From Planctomycetota bacterium (lineage in GTDB: Bacteria > Planctomycetota > UBA1135 > UBA2386): 64,000 nt of DNA. Positions 1 to 9,807 of the stretch are shown one piece after another. Position 1 is the stretch's first letter, and each line of letters starts with the position of its first letter. A program made the translations under genes and the position numbers. Under the pieces are notes generated by a model. The model searched no databases and had not been told where the DNA came from. It was given only the letters and a program-made list of their open reading frames with translations. The stretch covers positions 6,464,001 through 6,528,000 of the forward strand of contig OZ245006.1 in assembly GCA_965223545.1 (NCBI GenBank), read 5' to 3'.

Positions 1-1
1 C

Positions 2-1597
2 CAGCCGCCGGGGATGGCGCCCAACGGCGGCACCTTCACCGGCGCGACCAACGTGAGCCTGTGGTCGTCGACTCCGGGAGCCGCGATCCATTACACGATG
101 GATGGCAGCACTCCCACGCAGAGCTCGACGCGCTACTGGGGCACCCCGTTCGTCGTCGCGAGCAGCGCGGTGGTCAAGGCGCGCGCGTTCGCCAGTGGCA
201 TGCAGCCCAGCGCGGTCGTGCAGGCGGCGTTCACCATCAACTCGGTCACCAACGTCGCGCCGGTGGCAATCGCCGGTCCCCGGCAGACCGTCTGGCCCGT
301 CGATCGGCTGTTTACTCTCAACGGCTCGGCCTCGTACGACCCCGACGGCTCGGCCTCGCTGTTGTCCGAGATGTGGGTGCAGGTCGCTGGGCCGCCGGTG
401 CCCGGGTTCGACGGCGGCGACTTCGTCAGCTTCTTCACGCCGCGCCAGGTCGGGCTCTATCGCTTTCGGCTCGATGTGTGCGATCCCAGCGGCGCATGCG
501 CCAGCGACACGGTCGACGTGGTCGTCGTGCCGTGTCTGGACGACGTTCTCGATGGACTCTCGCACCGATGGCTCTTGGATGAAGGCGGCGGGCTCCAGCG
601 CGCGTACGACAGCTCGCCCGGCGCGATCCATGGCGCGCTGCGCGGCGGGGTCGGCAAATCGTCCTCCGGTGCATACCCGGCGAGCGCGGCGGCAATGGTG
701 TTCGACGGTGTCGACGACCGCATCGAGCTCGGTAGCGAGTTCGACCCGAGCGGGTCGGCGCTGACGGTTGCCGCTTGGTTGAAGGCAGACGACTTCGGGG
801 TTCCCGACGCCAGGATCCTGTCGAAGACGCGCGGTGCCAACGAGGGTGACCACCACGTCATGCTGTCGACCGTCGCCAACGGCGCGTCGACGCGCCTGCG
901 GTTCCGCCTGAAGACGAGTGGCTGGACGGCGACGCTGGTGGCGTCGGGCGGCGGCCTGACCGCCGGCCGTTGGGTGCACGCCGCCGCCGTCTACGACGGC
1001 GCCGAGATGCGGTTGTTCCAGGACGGCGTGCTGGTCGGTCGCATGGCGAAGCAGGGCAGCATCGACTCGGACCCGAGTGTTCCCGCCGCGATCGGCAACC
1101 AACCGCTCTCGGCAGCGGGCGGCGGCCGGGCCTTCGACGGCGTGATCGACGATGTCCGCATCTACGACCGCGCGCTTTCGGTTGCCGACCTCGGCCGGCT
1201 GGCGCGGCGGTCGACGATCCTCTCGATGCCGGCGTGGTGCGGCTGTCATCGCGACCTCGGCTTTGCCAGCCCCGGCGGTGCCCAGTTGACCCTCTGTGGT
1301 GCGCAACGGCGAGGCACGCCGTGGGATCTGCGCCTGACGCAGGCGGCTCCGAACGCACCGGTGGCGCTCCTCGTCGGCCTGTTGCCGGGGGCGACGCCGG
1401 CGTTGGGCGGCACGCTGGTACCGCAGCCGCTGCTGTCGCTGATCGTCGCCCCGGCCAACGCGCGCGGCGAGCTGCTGGCCCGGCGCCTGTCGGGCTTCAT
1501 CGCGCCGACCACGTTCGTCGTGCAAGCGCTGTCGCCGGACCCCAGCGCTGCCAAGGGGTTGGCGTTCTCCAATGCGGTGCAGCTGGTGACGCGCTGA
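2..1597 (+). CDS. 5'-partial secreted multidomain protein: Fn3-associated/chitobiase C-terminal domain, PKD-like domain, LamG (concanavalin A-like) domain and the recurrent C-terminal module
   Basis: Frame is open to the window edge. Motifs: 'PNGGTF...TPGAAIHYTMDGSTP' (Fn3_assoc), 'LNGSASYDPDG' (PKD/K319L-like), 'WVHAAAVYDG...FDGVIDDVRIYDRALS' (LamG), tail 'VQALSPDP...GLAFSNAV'. Confidence 0.85.
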   Translation, partial: QPPGMAPNGGTFTGATNVSLWSSTPGAAIHYTMDGSTPTQSSTRYWGTPFVVASSAVVKARAFASGMQPSAVVQAAFTINSVTNVAPVAIAGPRQTVWPVDRLFTLNGSASYDPDGSASLLSEMWVQVAGPPVPGFDGGDFVSFFTPRQVGLYRFRLDVCDPSGACASDTVDVVVVPCLDDVLDGLSHRWLLDEGGGLQRAYDSSPGAIHGALRGGVGKSSSGAYPASAAAMVFDGVDDRIELGSEFDPSGSALTVAAWLKADDFGVPDARILSKTRGANEGDHHVMLSTVANGASTRLRFRLKTSGWTATLVASGGGLTAGRWVHAAAVYDGAEMRLFQDGVLVGRMAKQGSIDSDPSVPAAIGNQPLSAAGGGRAFDGVIDDVRIYDRALSVADLGRLARRSTILSMPAWCGCHRDLGFASPGGAQLTLCGAQRRGTPWDLRLTQAAPNAPVALLVGLLPGATPALGGTLVPQPLLSLIVAPANARGELLARRLSGFIAPTTFVVQALSPDPSAAKGLAFSNAVQLVTR

Positions 1598-1636
1598 CGC
1601 GACAGGGTCGCGCCGCGACGACCGCCGCCGACTACA

Positions 1637-3634
1637 TTGGCGCGCATGGCGTGCACCGGCGGCCAGGACAACGGCGACCCGGCGTCGCTCTCGACGTGCG
1701 TCGTCATCGTCAACTACAACGGTTGGCAGGCCGGCGTCGCGTGCCTCGAAAGTGTGTCGTGCTCCACGCACGCGCCGAGTGAGGTCGTCGTCGTCGACAA
1801 CGCGTCGACCGATGGTTCGCTCGATCAGTTGCGCCGGTGGGCGGCGGGGCGTGCGCCTGGTGGCGTCCCGGTGCACTTCTTGGCCAACGACGTCAACCTC
1901 GGCTACGCCGGCGGCGCCAACGCCGGCCTGCGCCATGCCCGAGCGCACGGGTGTGACTTTGCGTGGCTGCTCAACAACGATGTCGTCGTCGCGCCCGATG
2001 CCCTCGGTCACTTGGTTGCTTACGTCGCCGGGCAGGCGTCGCCGCCCGCGATCACCGGCACGATGGTGCGGCTCTTGGCCGAACCCGAGCGAATCCAGTA
2101 CGCGGGCGGTGCGCAGTATCGGCATTGGTGGCCGTACCCGCGCGGCATCGGCGGGGGGGAGCTGGACCGCGGCCAGTACGACGATCTCGACCCTGCGGGC
2201 ATGGCGTACGTGTACGGGGCCTCGATGTTCGTCGACCTCGATTTCGTGACGGCGATCGGCGCGTTGGACGAGCGCTACTTCCTCTACTACGAGGAGCTCG
2301 ACTGGATGGAGCGCATGCGTGACGCCGGTGGGTGGTGTGTGGGCTATTGCCCGCGCGCCGTCGTCTACCACCGTGGCGCCGGATCGATCAATCCCTCCGG
2401 TGAGATCGAGTCCGCGTTGTCCGAGTACTACATCTTTCGCGGCAAGCTGCTGTACACGCGTCGCTACCACGCGCATTGGTTGCCGGTGGCGTGGCTGTTC
2501 GTGGTCAAGCGCATTGTCGGCAACACGGCGCGCGGTCGGTTTCGTCGTGCGCGTGGGCTGATCCCCCTGCTGGTGCGGCCCAGCCGGCGCTGGCGTGGTG
2601 AACGAGATCCGGTGGGATCGCGCGACGTGCAGCCGCGCGTCCTCCTCAGTGGCTTTCACTACCCGCACCACGCCCAGACCTCGGGCTACGATCGGCTGCG
2701 GTTCCACGTGTCCGCGGACTACGTCGACGCCGGCGCTTTGCCGGGTGGCCGCCGGCGGTTCGGCGGCACCGCGCGCCGCGCCAATCTTCTGCTGTCGGAG
2801 GTGGTGGCGAGTCTGCGCGGCCGGCGCTACGACCTCCTCCACACGCTCTACCCCGAGGATCACCCCGGCCTCGGCCAGCTGGTGCGCTCGCCGGCGAAGC
2901 GCGTGGCGACCTTCCATCTGCCGCTCGAGTGGTTTGCCGAGCTCGACCGCTCGCGGGTTCCCACCCACCGACTGCGGGCGCGCGCGTTTCGCCGGTTGGA
3001 CGGCATCATCGTGCTCCGCTCCGCGGACGAAGAACCGGCGAGCGCCGCGTTTCCGCGCGCGCTCGTCCGCTTCATCCCTCACGGTGTCGAGTGGTCGCCA
3101 CGCCTGCCGCCGCGCGCGGGCCGCGAGTTTGCAGTTCTGACCGCCGGCTGCCACGAGCGCGATCTACAGTCCTACCTGGAGATCGTCGATCGCGCCGCCG
3201 CCGCCCACGCCGGCTGGCGCTTCCACCTGGTCGGGGCACCGCCCGAGTGGCGCGACGCCGTGCGCACGCGCGCCAACGTCGTTGGGCACGCCCGCCTCGA
3301 CGACCACGAGTACCGCCGTCTGCTCGCCAGCTGCCGGGCGGCACTGCTGCCTCTGCGCCGCGCGACCGCGAACAACGCGCTGCTCGAAGCCCACGCCGCC
3401 GGCCTGCCAACGGTGGTCCACGATCTGGAGGGCGTGCGCGACTACGCCGTCGAGACCACGGCCCTCTTCGGCGACGCGGCGCAAGCCGTGGCGCAGCTGG
3501 CGCGCCTCGCCGCTCTGTCTCCGACCGCAGCGGCCGAGCAGGCGGCGGCCACGCACCGCGCCGCCGCGCGATTCCGCTGGGAGTCGATCGCCGCGCAAAC
3601 GCGAGCCTTCTACCGCGACATCTGTCGCCACTGA
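1637..3634 (+). CDS. Fused glycosyltransferase, N-terminal GT2 plus C-terminal GT4-like (GT-B) domain
   Basis: GT2 motifs 'VIVNYNG', 'VVDNASTDGS', 'NLGYAGGAN', 'LLNND', 'LDERYFLYYEELDW'. GT4-like 'IPHGV' and 'NALLEAHAAGLPTV'. Start may be ATG 1646. Confidence 0.85.
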   Translation: MARMACTGGQDNGDPASLSTCVVIVNYNGWQAGVACLESVSCSTHAPSEVVVVDNASTDGSLDQLRRWAAGRAPGGVPVHFLANDVNLGYAGGANAGLRHARAHGCDFAWLLNNDVVVAPDALGHLVAYVAGQASPPAITGTMVRLLAEPERIQYAGGAQYRHWWPYPRGIGGGELDRGQYDDLDPAGMAYVYGASMFVDLDFVTAIGALDERYFLYYEELDWMERMRDAGGWCVGYCPRAVVYHRGAGSINPSGEIESALSEYYIFRGKLLYTRRYHAHWLPVAWLFVVKRIVGNTARGRFRRARGLIPLLVRPSRRWRGERDPVGSRDVQPRVLLSGFHYPHHAQTSGYDRLRFHVSADYVDAGALPGGRRRFGGTARRANLLLSEVVASLRGRRYDLLHTLYPEDHPGLGQLVRSPAKRVATFHLPLEWFAELDRSRVPTHRLRARAFRRLDGIIVLRSADEEPASAAFPRALVRFIPHGVEWSPRLPPRAGREFAVLTAGCHERDLQSYLEIVDRAAAAHAGWRFHLVGAPPEWRDAVRTRANVVGHARLDDHEYRRLLASCRAALLPLRRATANNALLEAHAAGLPTVVHDLEGVRDYAVETTALFGDAAQAVAQLARLAALSPTAAAEQAAATHRAAARFRWESIAAQTRAFYRDICRH

Positions 3635-3666
3635 ACGTACGGAGTCCGGCTCGATTTTCTCGCTTC
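3632..3666 (+). repeat. GTAC-palindrome repeat copy 1 (mosaic: type-A left flank, type-B right flank)
   Basis: TGAAC GTAC GGAGTC C GGCTCG A TTTTCTCGCTTC; includes the TGA stop of the upstream glycosyltransferase. Confidence 0.85.
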
Positions 3667-3761
3667 GCCCGGTCGGCACGTCCCGATCGCCGCGCATTCT
3701 CGCGTGCGTCGGGGGGGTGAACGGCAGTTGTGCAGGTGACCTACCCGCAAAGGAGATTGCC

Positions 3762-5819
3762 ATGCGTCCGTTGATCGGCCTTGTTCTGTTCGCCCAAGCC
3801 ATTGGTGGTCCTTGTGTTGCACAAGATCCTCCGGCTCCCCCGGGCGGTTTCGCCGTGCAGGCGCTGCTGGACCAGGACTGGACTTGGTCGGATGGCTATC
3901 GCACGCGCTTCGATCTGCACGTGCCGGCCGTCGCGCCTCCGCCAGGCGGTTGGCCGGCTGTGACCGTACACCACGGTGCCGGCGGCGACCGCAAGCTACC
4001 GGACGTCGTGCGCGCTGCGCGTTACCTCGCCGCGGCGGGATACGTCTGCTACGCCTACGATGGGCGGGACAACGGCCAGACGCCGGCGTTGAACCCGACC
4101 TGGAGCGCGCCCCGAACGCCGGAGCGGATCTTGCTCGACCAGGCGGAGTCGCTGGGCGCGGCGCAGACGTTGATGCCGGGCGCGATCGACGGAGCGCGGT
4201 GGGCGCTGACCGGTTTCTCCGGGGGCGGGCGTCGTTCGCTTTGGGGTGCGGGGTGGTCCGGTCGGTTGCTGCCGTTGGCCGGATCGGTGGCGCACCATCC
4301 GGTGGTGTCCGCGATCGCGCCCGAGATCGCGGTGATCGACATGCCCAACACCGCCGCGCCGGGCTTGGTGCTCGCCGGCGACTTCAAGGTGAAGGGCCTG
4401 CCGCCGACCGACCCGATGATGGTGGCGCTGCAAGCCGGCGACTACCCGTCGTTCGCGGCGGCAGCGGTGACGACGTTCGACCTGCAGGCGGCTGCGCTGC
4501 TGCGGACATCGCTCGTGCCAATGCTCGGCATGTGGGCGCAGCAGGACGTCAAGATCGTCAGTGGGCCGTCGATTCGGGCGTTCATGGCGTTGCCGACGCC
4601 GGCGCCACGGCGCCTGCATCTCTCGACTGGCGGCCACGACACGGTCAAGAACGCGCACGAGCGCGACCTGCAGCAAGATCTGCGCCGACGTTGGTTCGAT
4701 CGCTTCCTCAAGGGGATCCGCAACGGCGTCGAACGCGAACCCGTCGCCGAGCTCGCCGTGCAGCCGACGACCGATGCACGCCACGCGAACTTGGCGACCA
4801 TCTGGGAGCACCGCAATGCCGGCCAGTGGCCGCCGGCGACGCAGACGATCACGGTCCGCAGCTACCTGCGCAGTGGCGGCGTCTTGCACGCCAACGCCCC
4901 GAGCACCGTGGAAGCCGGTCCCCTGCTCCAGCATCGCGTGGCACCGGGCTACGACGCGCTGAGCTACGTCGCGCAGGGCGCCGGCCTGGCGCATGCCTCC
5001 GTGCTGGCGCAGATCCCCATGGTGGCCGCGCGTTTCGATGGAGCACCGTTGCCGGCCGACACCGAGCTTCTCGGCGTTCCGCGGCTGACCCTGCACGTGT
5101 CCGACACAACCGGCCAGGCGCAGCTCACCGCGCGGCTCGGCCACGTCGACCCCGCCGGTCGCGAGACGTGGATCTGCATGGGAACGCACGGCGTGCGTTC
5201 CGCACCGGGCCAGCACACGATCGTCATCGAGCTCGACGATGTGGCGCACGTGATCCCCGCCGGCCACCGCGTTCGGGTCACCGTGCAGAACCTGGCGCTG
5301 CACCAGCCGCCGGCCGCGAGCGGACGCATCCGCTGGGTGCCGTACTTCACCGACACCGACACCACCGTGTTGATGCAGCCGGGGCAAGCAAGCCAACTGG
5401 AGCTGCCGGTGCGCGCCTACCGCGCCAACCTGCTGCCGCGACTGGCGGTGGCCTCGGCCACTGCCGGTGTGGCGCACCGCATGCAACTGCGCGGTGGTGC
5501 AGCGCGCGCCGGTGAGATCTACGCGGCCTTCTTCGGCGCCAGCGGCGAGGCCCCCGGCGTCGCGCTCCCTGGCCTGCCGCCCGCGCCACTGAACCCGGAC
5601 CCGTGGACCAGCGCGGCGATCGCCCTGCAGAACTCCGCCGCGTTCCCCAACACCCTCGGTGTGCTGGACGCGAGCGGCACCGCGACGCCCGGGGTCTACT
5701 TCACGCCGCCCGTGGCCGCGGCCTTGGTCGGGATCCGATTCACCTGCTCCGCCGCCGTCCTCTCCGGCGCGAACATCGAAGCGTTCACCGACGCCACCTC
5801 GCTGGTCATCGACCCATAA
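3762..5819 (+). CDS. Secreted CocE/NonD (peptidase S15/acyl esterase)-like alpha/beta hydrolase with C-terminal module
   Basis: RBS AAGGAG precedes ATG 3762; signal peptide. Motifs 'YLAAAGYVCYAYDGR', nucleophile elbow 'GFSGGG', 'RRWFDRFLKG', PepX_C-like 'LLGVPRLTL...HVIPAGHRVRV'. Confidence 0.8.
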   Translation: MRPLIGLVLFAQAIGGPCVAQDPPAPPGGFAVQALLDQDWTWSDGYRTRFDLHVPAVAPPPGGWPAVTVHHGAGGDRKLPDVVRAARYLAAAGYVCYAYDGRDNGQTPALNPTWSAPRTPERILLDQAESLGAAQTLMPGAIDGARWALTGFSGGGRRSLWGAGWSGRLLPLAGSVAHHPVVSAIAPEIAVIDMPNTAAPGLVLAGDFKVKGLPPTDPMMVALQAGDYPSFAAAAVTTFDLQAAALLRTSLVPMLGMWAQQDVKIVSGPSIRAFMALPTPAPRRLHLSTGGHDTVKNAHERDLQQDLRRRWFDRFLKGIRNGVEREPVAELAVQPTTDARHANLATIWEHRNAGQWPPATQTITVRSYLRSGGVLHANAPSTVEAGPLLQHRVAPGYDALSYVAQGAGLAHASVLAQIPMVAARFDGAPLPADTELLGVPRLTLHVSDTTGQAQLTARLGHVDPAGRETWICMGTHGVRSAPGQHTIVIELDDVAHVIPAGHRVRVTVQNLALHQPPAASGRIRWVPYFTDTDTTVLMQPGQASQLELPVRAYRANLLPRLAVASATAGVAHRMQLRGGAARAGEIYAAFFGASGEAPGVALPGLPPAPLNPDPWTSAAIALQNSAAFPNTLGVLDASGTATPGVYFTPPVAAALVGIRFTCSAAVLSGANIEAFTDATSLVIDP

Positions 5820-5820
5820 C

Positions 5821-5859
5821 GAAAGTACGGAGCCAGGTCAGGCTCCGATTCATCACTTC
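5821..5859 (+). repeat. GTAC-palindrome repeat copy 2 (type A with a 5-nt loop insertion)
   Basis: GAAA GTAC GGAGCC AGGTCA GGCTCC GATTCATCACTTC, immediately after the TAA at 5817-5819. Confidence 0.8.
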
Positions 5860-5887
5860 GCGCACCACGATGTCGCCGACACGCCCC

Positions 5888-8542
5888 TCACGGCAGTCGC
5901 GTGCCCGTGACGACCGTGGTCCCGCCGACCGCGATGCTCGCGGTCGACCACCAGAGGTCGCCCTCCAACCAGTCGATGGTGGTCACCGATGGCTGCAGGG
6001 TCACGGCGTGTGAGCGGCTGAGGCGTGCGGTCAGCTGGCGCCGCTGGCCACCTGCATGCGCGATCTGTCGCTGAAACGGCTGCGTCCCGGAGAGTCGAGG
6101 CGACACGGTCGCGCTTCCGGGTGTGGCGGACAGGCGGGGGAAGTCCAGAATCGCGCCGCGGAACGCCGGATCGCCGGAGAGCATCCACGACTGCGTCCCA
6201 AAGGGGTTGTCGTGTACCGATACCGGCGCGCCCATGGCGTCGAGCTCGACTGCCCGCAGCAGCACCAGCTCGTCCGTGTCGAACGTCAGCAGCCAGTTCC
6301 CGAAGCCCTCCCGCGAGGTCATCCGAACATCGGCGGTCGGTGGAGTGCCTGGATCGTCGTCGATGCCCATCGAGACGACTCGGTAATCGTAGACCGTGCT
6401 CGCCGTCGTGGGGCTGGGCGTCGCGCTGGACTTGATCGGAACCAGATGCTGAGAGGTGTAGCGGACACTCCATCGATCACCGATGCGCCAAGTCACCCAT
6501 CGAGTCGGCGGCCGCGCGCCCTGCGGGCCGATCGCGCGCGGTTGACTCGGAGCGCTCGGGGGCGGCTGAAACTCTGGCCGAAGCGAGAGTCCGAGCCACT
6601 TCAGGCGGTCGGCGGTGACCATGGGGTTCGAGATGGGGCCCGGTGCCTGCGAGCGTGCGAAGGCGGTCGCTGCGGGCCTCACGTCGGCGATCAACCACGG
6701 CACGTAGCGATCCGGTGGCTCGGGCGAGGCCATGGGTGGGTCCACCTGGAACGAACGCCAGTTCTGACGGACTTGGGCTCCGCCCAGGGTTGTCGCGACG
6801 CCGTCTTCCAAGACCCGCCCACTCGTGCCGTACAGCAAGAGATACTCGGTCACGAAACGGAGCGGTCCGAGCGATCCATCGCTGGGCGGGGCGTAGTCGT
6901 TGTTGGTGGTGAACCGATTGACGACCTGAATCTGGCGGATCGTCTCGGTCTCCGGGTCCCCGACGGCCGCCGGGTCTTCACGCAGCTCGGCCGTGTACGC
7001 GTAGCAGGCCTGGTTCCACACCTGTGGCGGCTTGGCTTGGAACGTCCCGCGCACCTTCGTCCACATCTGCTTGGCGTCGTGCTGCCGCAATGACAAGGCG
7101 AACGGCGTCGACTGGTCCTTCAGCAGCGAACGAAAGGCCTGGTGAAACCGATGCACCGCGGGGTCGATGGCATCGGTATCGGCAGCCGTCGCCAGCTCTC
7201 CCTGCCGCGGGTCGGCCAGCCGAATCCCCTTTGTGGTGAGGCTTCCGAAGTACTCGGCAGCAAGGCCTTCCAGTTGATCCTCTTGGAAGCCGAACGCAGC
7301 CCGTGGCTGGTCGAGAAGGATCGACGCGATGACCGCCCCGTGGCAGTGTCCGGCCCAGCCGGGTTCCGTCGTCGAGAGGTGGCCAGCGACCCCGGGTCTC
7401 ATGCAGTTGCTACCGCAGCTCGTCGTCTCCCAAGCCTGGGTGGCTCCGTAGAGGCCGAAGTGGCTGTCGAACCATGCCAACGTACCATCGTAGAGATTGG
7501 GGTCGGCGGCATCGACGAGGGGGTAGTACCAGAAGTCCCACGGAGTCGACGTCGCCGTTCCGCTCTGCACGAACTTGGTCGCGACGACGTGCGCCGCTCC
7601 TCCGGTGCCGGTGACGTCGAACGTGTACCACCCGTGCTCTCCCTGTTGCACTTCGTGGATGAGCGGGGACGACAGCGGGACCGCGACTTCGACTCCGTTC
7701 GGCGTCGTCAGCTTGGAGATCGCGCCGCGGTCAGTGCTGAGAGTGAGCTCGCCTCCCCAGTACGTGGGGACGTAGACGCGGTAGCTCCCGGGATCCAACG
7801 TCGACACCACCGAGCCGCCTAGCGGCACCTTCACGATGGCGGGGCTGGGGATGAGACAGACGATGGTGCCGGCGTACGCGGCCGTCGGTGTGCCGGCGTT
7901 GACGTGAGCCGAGTCGCTCCGCGTCACGATGTCGATCGTGTCTCCGACACTCGCGTCGACGAGGATGCGCGTCGATCGAGCCAGCCGCTCTCCCGGATTC
8001 GCGCGCAGTGCCTGTGAAAGGACCGCTCCGTTCGGTGGAGTGAGCTCGAAGTAGGTCTTGGCGTGACCGGATGGAGCCGTGAGATTCGCGCCCTGGTCGA
8101 CCTGCAGCTCGACGACGAATCCCCTGATGGCGGGGCCAAGCTGCTCCGGCACGACCAGCGACGTGGTTCGCAGACCCGTGCTCTGCGCATACGAGCCAGC
8201 ACTTTGCCCGCCGCCCTGGACGATCGAACGATGTAGGACGCGCGGAGTGGGGGCCGTGAAGCAACCGAAGAGGAAGTCCGACGAGGCGAGGCCGGGAGAG
8301 CCGCCGTAGTAGACGAGAGACGTGCCACTGTGGCTGGTGACGCATCCGGTCGGTGGTGCGAAGCACTCGAAGAACGCGTTCTGGACCGTGAGGTTGGAGA
8401 TGCAGCTGGTCGTGCCGGGGTACGTCACACAGGTTGGTCCGAGCAGCTCGAAATCGACGAAGCGCAGTGGAACGGGGCTTTGGGCTCCGGCAAGCTGAGC
8501 CATCAACACGCACGGAACGAGCCACCGGACCGAGGGGGACAT
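5888..8542 (-). CDS. Secreted protein with a central transglutaminase-elicitor-like (Cys catalytic) domain
   Basis: Signal peptide 'MSPSVRWLVPCVLMAQLAGA'. Motifs 'PWDFWYYP', 'WAGHCHG..IAS', 'VWNQACYAY' resemble the TGase_elicitor family. CDS is solid, function tentative. Confidence 0.6.
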   Translation of the reverse strand: MSPSVRWLVPCVLMAQLAGAQSPVPLRFVDFELLGPTCVTYPGTTSCISNLTVQNAFFECFAPPTGCVTSHSGTSLVYYGGSPGLASSDFLFGCFTAPTPRVLHRSIVQGGGQSAGSYAQSTGLRTTSLVVPEQLGPAIRGFVVELQVDQGANLTAPSGHAKTYFELTPPNGAVLSQALRANPGERLARSTRILVDASVGDTIDIVTRSDSAHVNAGTPTAAYAGTIVCLIPSPAIVKVPLGGSVVSTLDPGSYRVYVPTYWGGELTLSTDRGAISKLTTPNGVEVAVPLSSPLIHEVQQGEHGWYTFDVTGTGGAAHVVATKFVQSGTATSTPWDFWYYPLVDAADPNLYDGTLAWFDSHFGLYGATQAWETTSCGSNCMRPGVAGHLSTTEPGWAGHCHGAVIASILLDQPRAAFGFQEDQLEGLAAEYFGSLTTKGIRLADPRQGELATAADTDAIDPAVHRFHQAFRSLLKDQSTPFALSLRQHDAKQMWTKVRGTFQAKPPQVWNQACYAYTAELREDPAAVGDPETETIRQIQVVNRFTTNNDYAPPSDGSLGPLRFVTEYLLLYGTSGRVLEDGVATTLGGAQVRQNWRSFQVDPPMASPEPPDRYVPWLIADVRPAATAFARSQAPGPISNPMVTADRLKWLGLSLRPEFQPPPSAPSQPRAIGPQGARPPTRWVTWRIGDRWSVRYTSQHLVPIKSSATPSPTTASTVYDYRVVSMGIDDDPGTPPTADVRMTSREGFGNWLLTFDTDELVLLRAVELDAMGAPVSVHDNPFGTQSWMLSGDPAFRGAILDFPRLSATPGSATVSPRLSGTQPFQRQIAHAGGQRRQLTARLSRSHAVTLQPSVTTIDWLEGDLWWSTASIAVGGTTVVTGTRLP

Positions 8543-8602
8543 GGAGGCCAGGATAGGCGAATCCAACGTCTTCGGCCGCGCGGCGTCGCGCGATCCCGGC
8601 GC

Positions 8603-9742
8603 TCACCTCTTCTCGCGCAGCCGCCGGATCACGCCGTCGTGGGCGCCGAACCACACCGATTCACCCACCGCGGTCGGCGAGCTCCAGACGGTGGCGCCGG
8701 TCTCGAACCGCCACCGGACCGCGCCGCTCTTGCGGTCGACAGCGAACAGCGCTCCCGGCTCGTCGCCGCCGGCGCCGCCACCGCCGACGTAGACGAGGTG
8801 CCCGACGATGGCCGGGCTGCCGAGGATGCGGCCACCGAGGTCGGTGCGCCAACGCAGCGCACCGTCGGCACACGACAACGCGTACAGGTGATGGTCGTCG
8901 GAGCCGACGTACAGCACACCGTCGCCGGCGGCGATTGCGGGAGAGGAGAACACGGCGCCGCCCGTGGTGTAGCGCCAGCGCTCGGCTCCAGTGCGGTGGT
9001 CGAGGGCGTACACGCGGTGGTCATCGGAGCCGACGAACACCAGATCGTCGTGGACCGCAGGCGAGCACCAGACCGCGTCCTCCGTGGTAAACCGCCAGCG
9101 CTCCGTTCCCGAGTCGGCGTCCAGGGCGTAGACGTTGCCGTCGCGCGAGCCGATCACCACCGTGCCGTCGGCGACGGCGGGCGACGACAAGATCTGGCCG
9201 CCGGTCTCGAACTTCCAGCGCAACACGCCGTCCGCGGCGCCGACCGCGTAGACCCAATGGTCGAAGGCGCCGAAGTAGCACACCCCGTCGACGATCGCCG
9301 GCGACGACTGCTCGCCGCCGGGGCCCAGCGCGATCGACCAGCGCAGCGCACCGGTCTGAGCGTCCAGGGCGTAGAACCGGTCGTCGTCCGCGCCGAAATA
9401 GACCGTGCCGTCGGCGACCGATGGCGAGGCGCGCACCAGCCCCTCGACGCGAAAGCGCCAGCGCTCCGCGCCGGAAGCGGCGTCCAGAGCCAGGAGGTGG
9501 TCGGCGAATGTGCCGCAGTACAGCATCCCGTCGACGACGGTGGGCGACGATTCGACGGTGCCGCCGGTATCGAACGCCCAGACCAGCTCCGGCGTGTGGA
9601 TCGGTCGTGCCCCAGGCGCGGTGCCCGAATGGCGCGGACCGTTGCGAAACTGGGACCAGTGCGTCGGCATGTCAGTGGGGGGAGTGTGACAGCCAAGCAG
9701 TCCGCCGGCGAGCAGCAGGAAAGTCCAGGCTCGGGCCGGCAT
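8603..9742 (-). CDS. PQQ-binding-like beta-propeller lipoprotein (BamB/AfsK-type repeats)
   Basis: About eight repeats of 'SSPAV.DG.VY.GS.D...YALDA.TG..RW.F'; lipobox 'LLGC'. Alternative start 9808 is coupled to the upstream stop (TGATG). Confidence 0.85.
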   Translation of the reverse strand: MPARAWTFLLLAGGLLGCHTPPTDMPTHWSQFRNGPRHSGTAPGARPIHTPELVWAFDTGGTVESSPTVVDGMLYCGTFADHLLALDAASGAERWRFRVEGLVRASPSVADGTVYFGADDDRFYALDAQTGALRWSIALGPGGEQSSPAIVDGVCYFGAFDHWVYAVGAADGVLRWKFETGGQILSSPAVADGTVVIGSRDGNVYALDADSGTERWRFTTEDAVWCSPAVHDDLVFVGSDDHRVYALDHRTGAERWRYTTGGAVFSSPAIAAGDGVLYVGSDDHHLYALSCADGALRWRTDLGGRILGSPAIVGHLVYVGGGGAGGDEPGALFAVDRKSGAVRWRFETGATVWSSPTAVGESVWFGAHDGVIRRLREKR

Positions 9743-9807
9743 TGGGCGAGCTAGAGGGGTTCCGAGGTCAAGCTCGAGAGTCGTCGACATGGAAGGGATC
9801 GCGTCCA

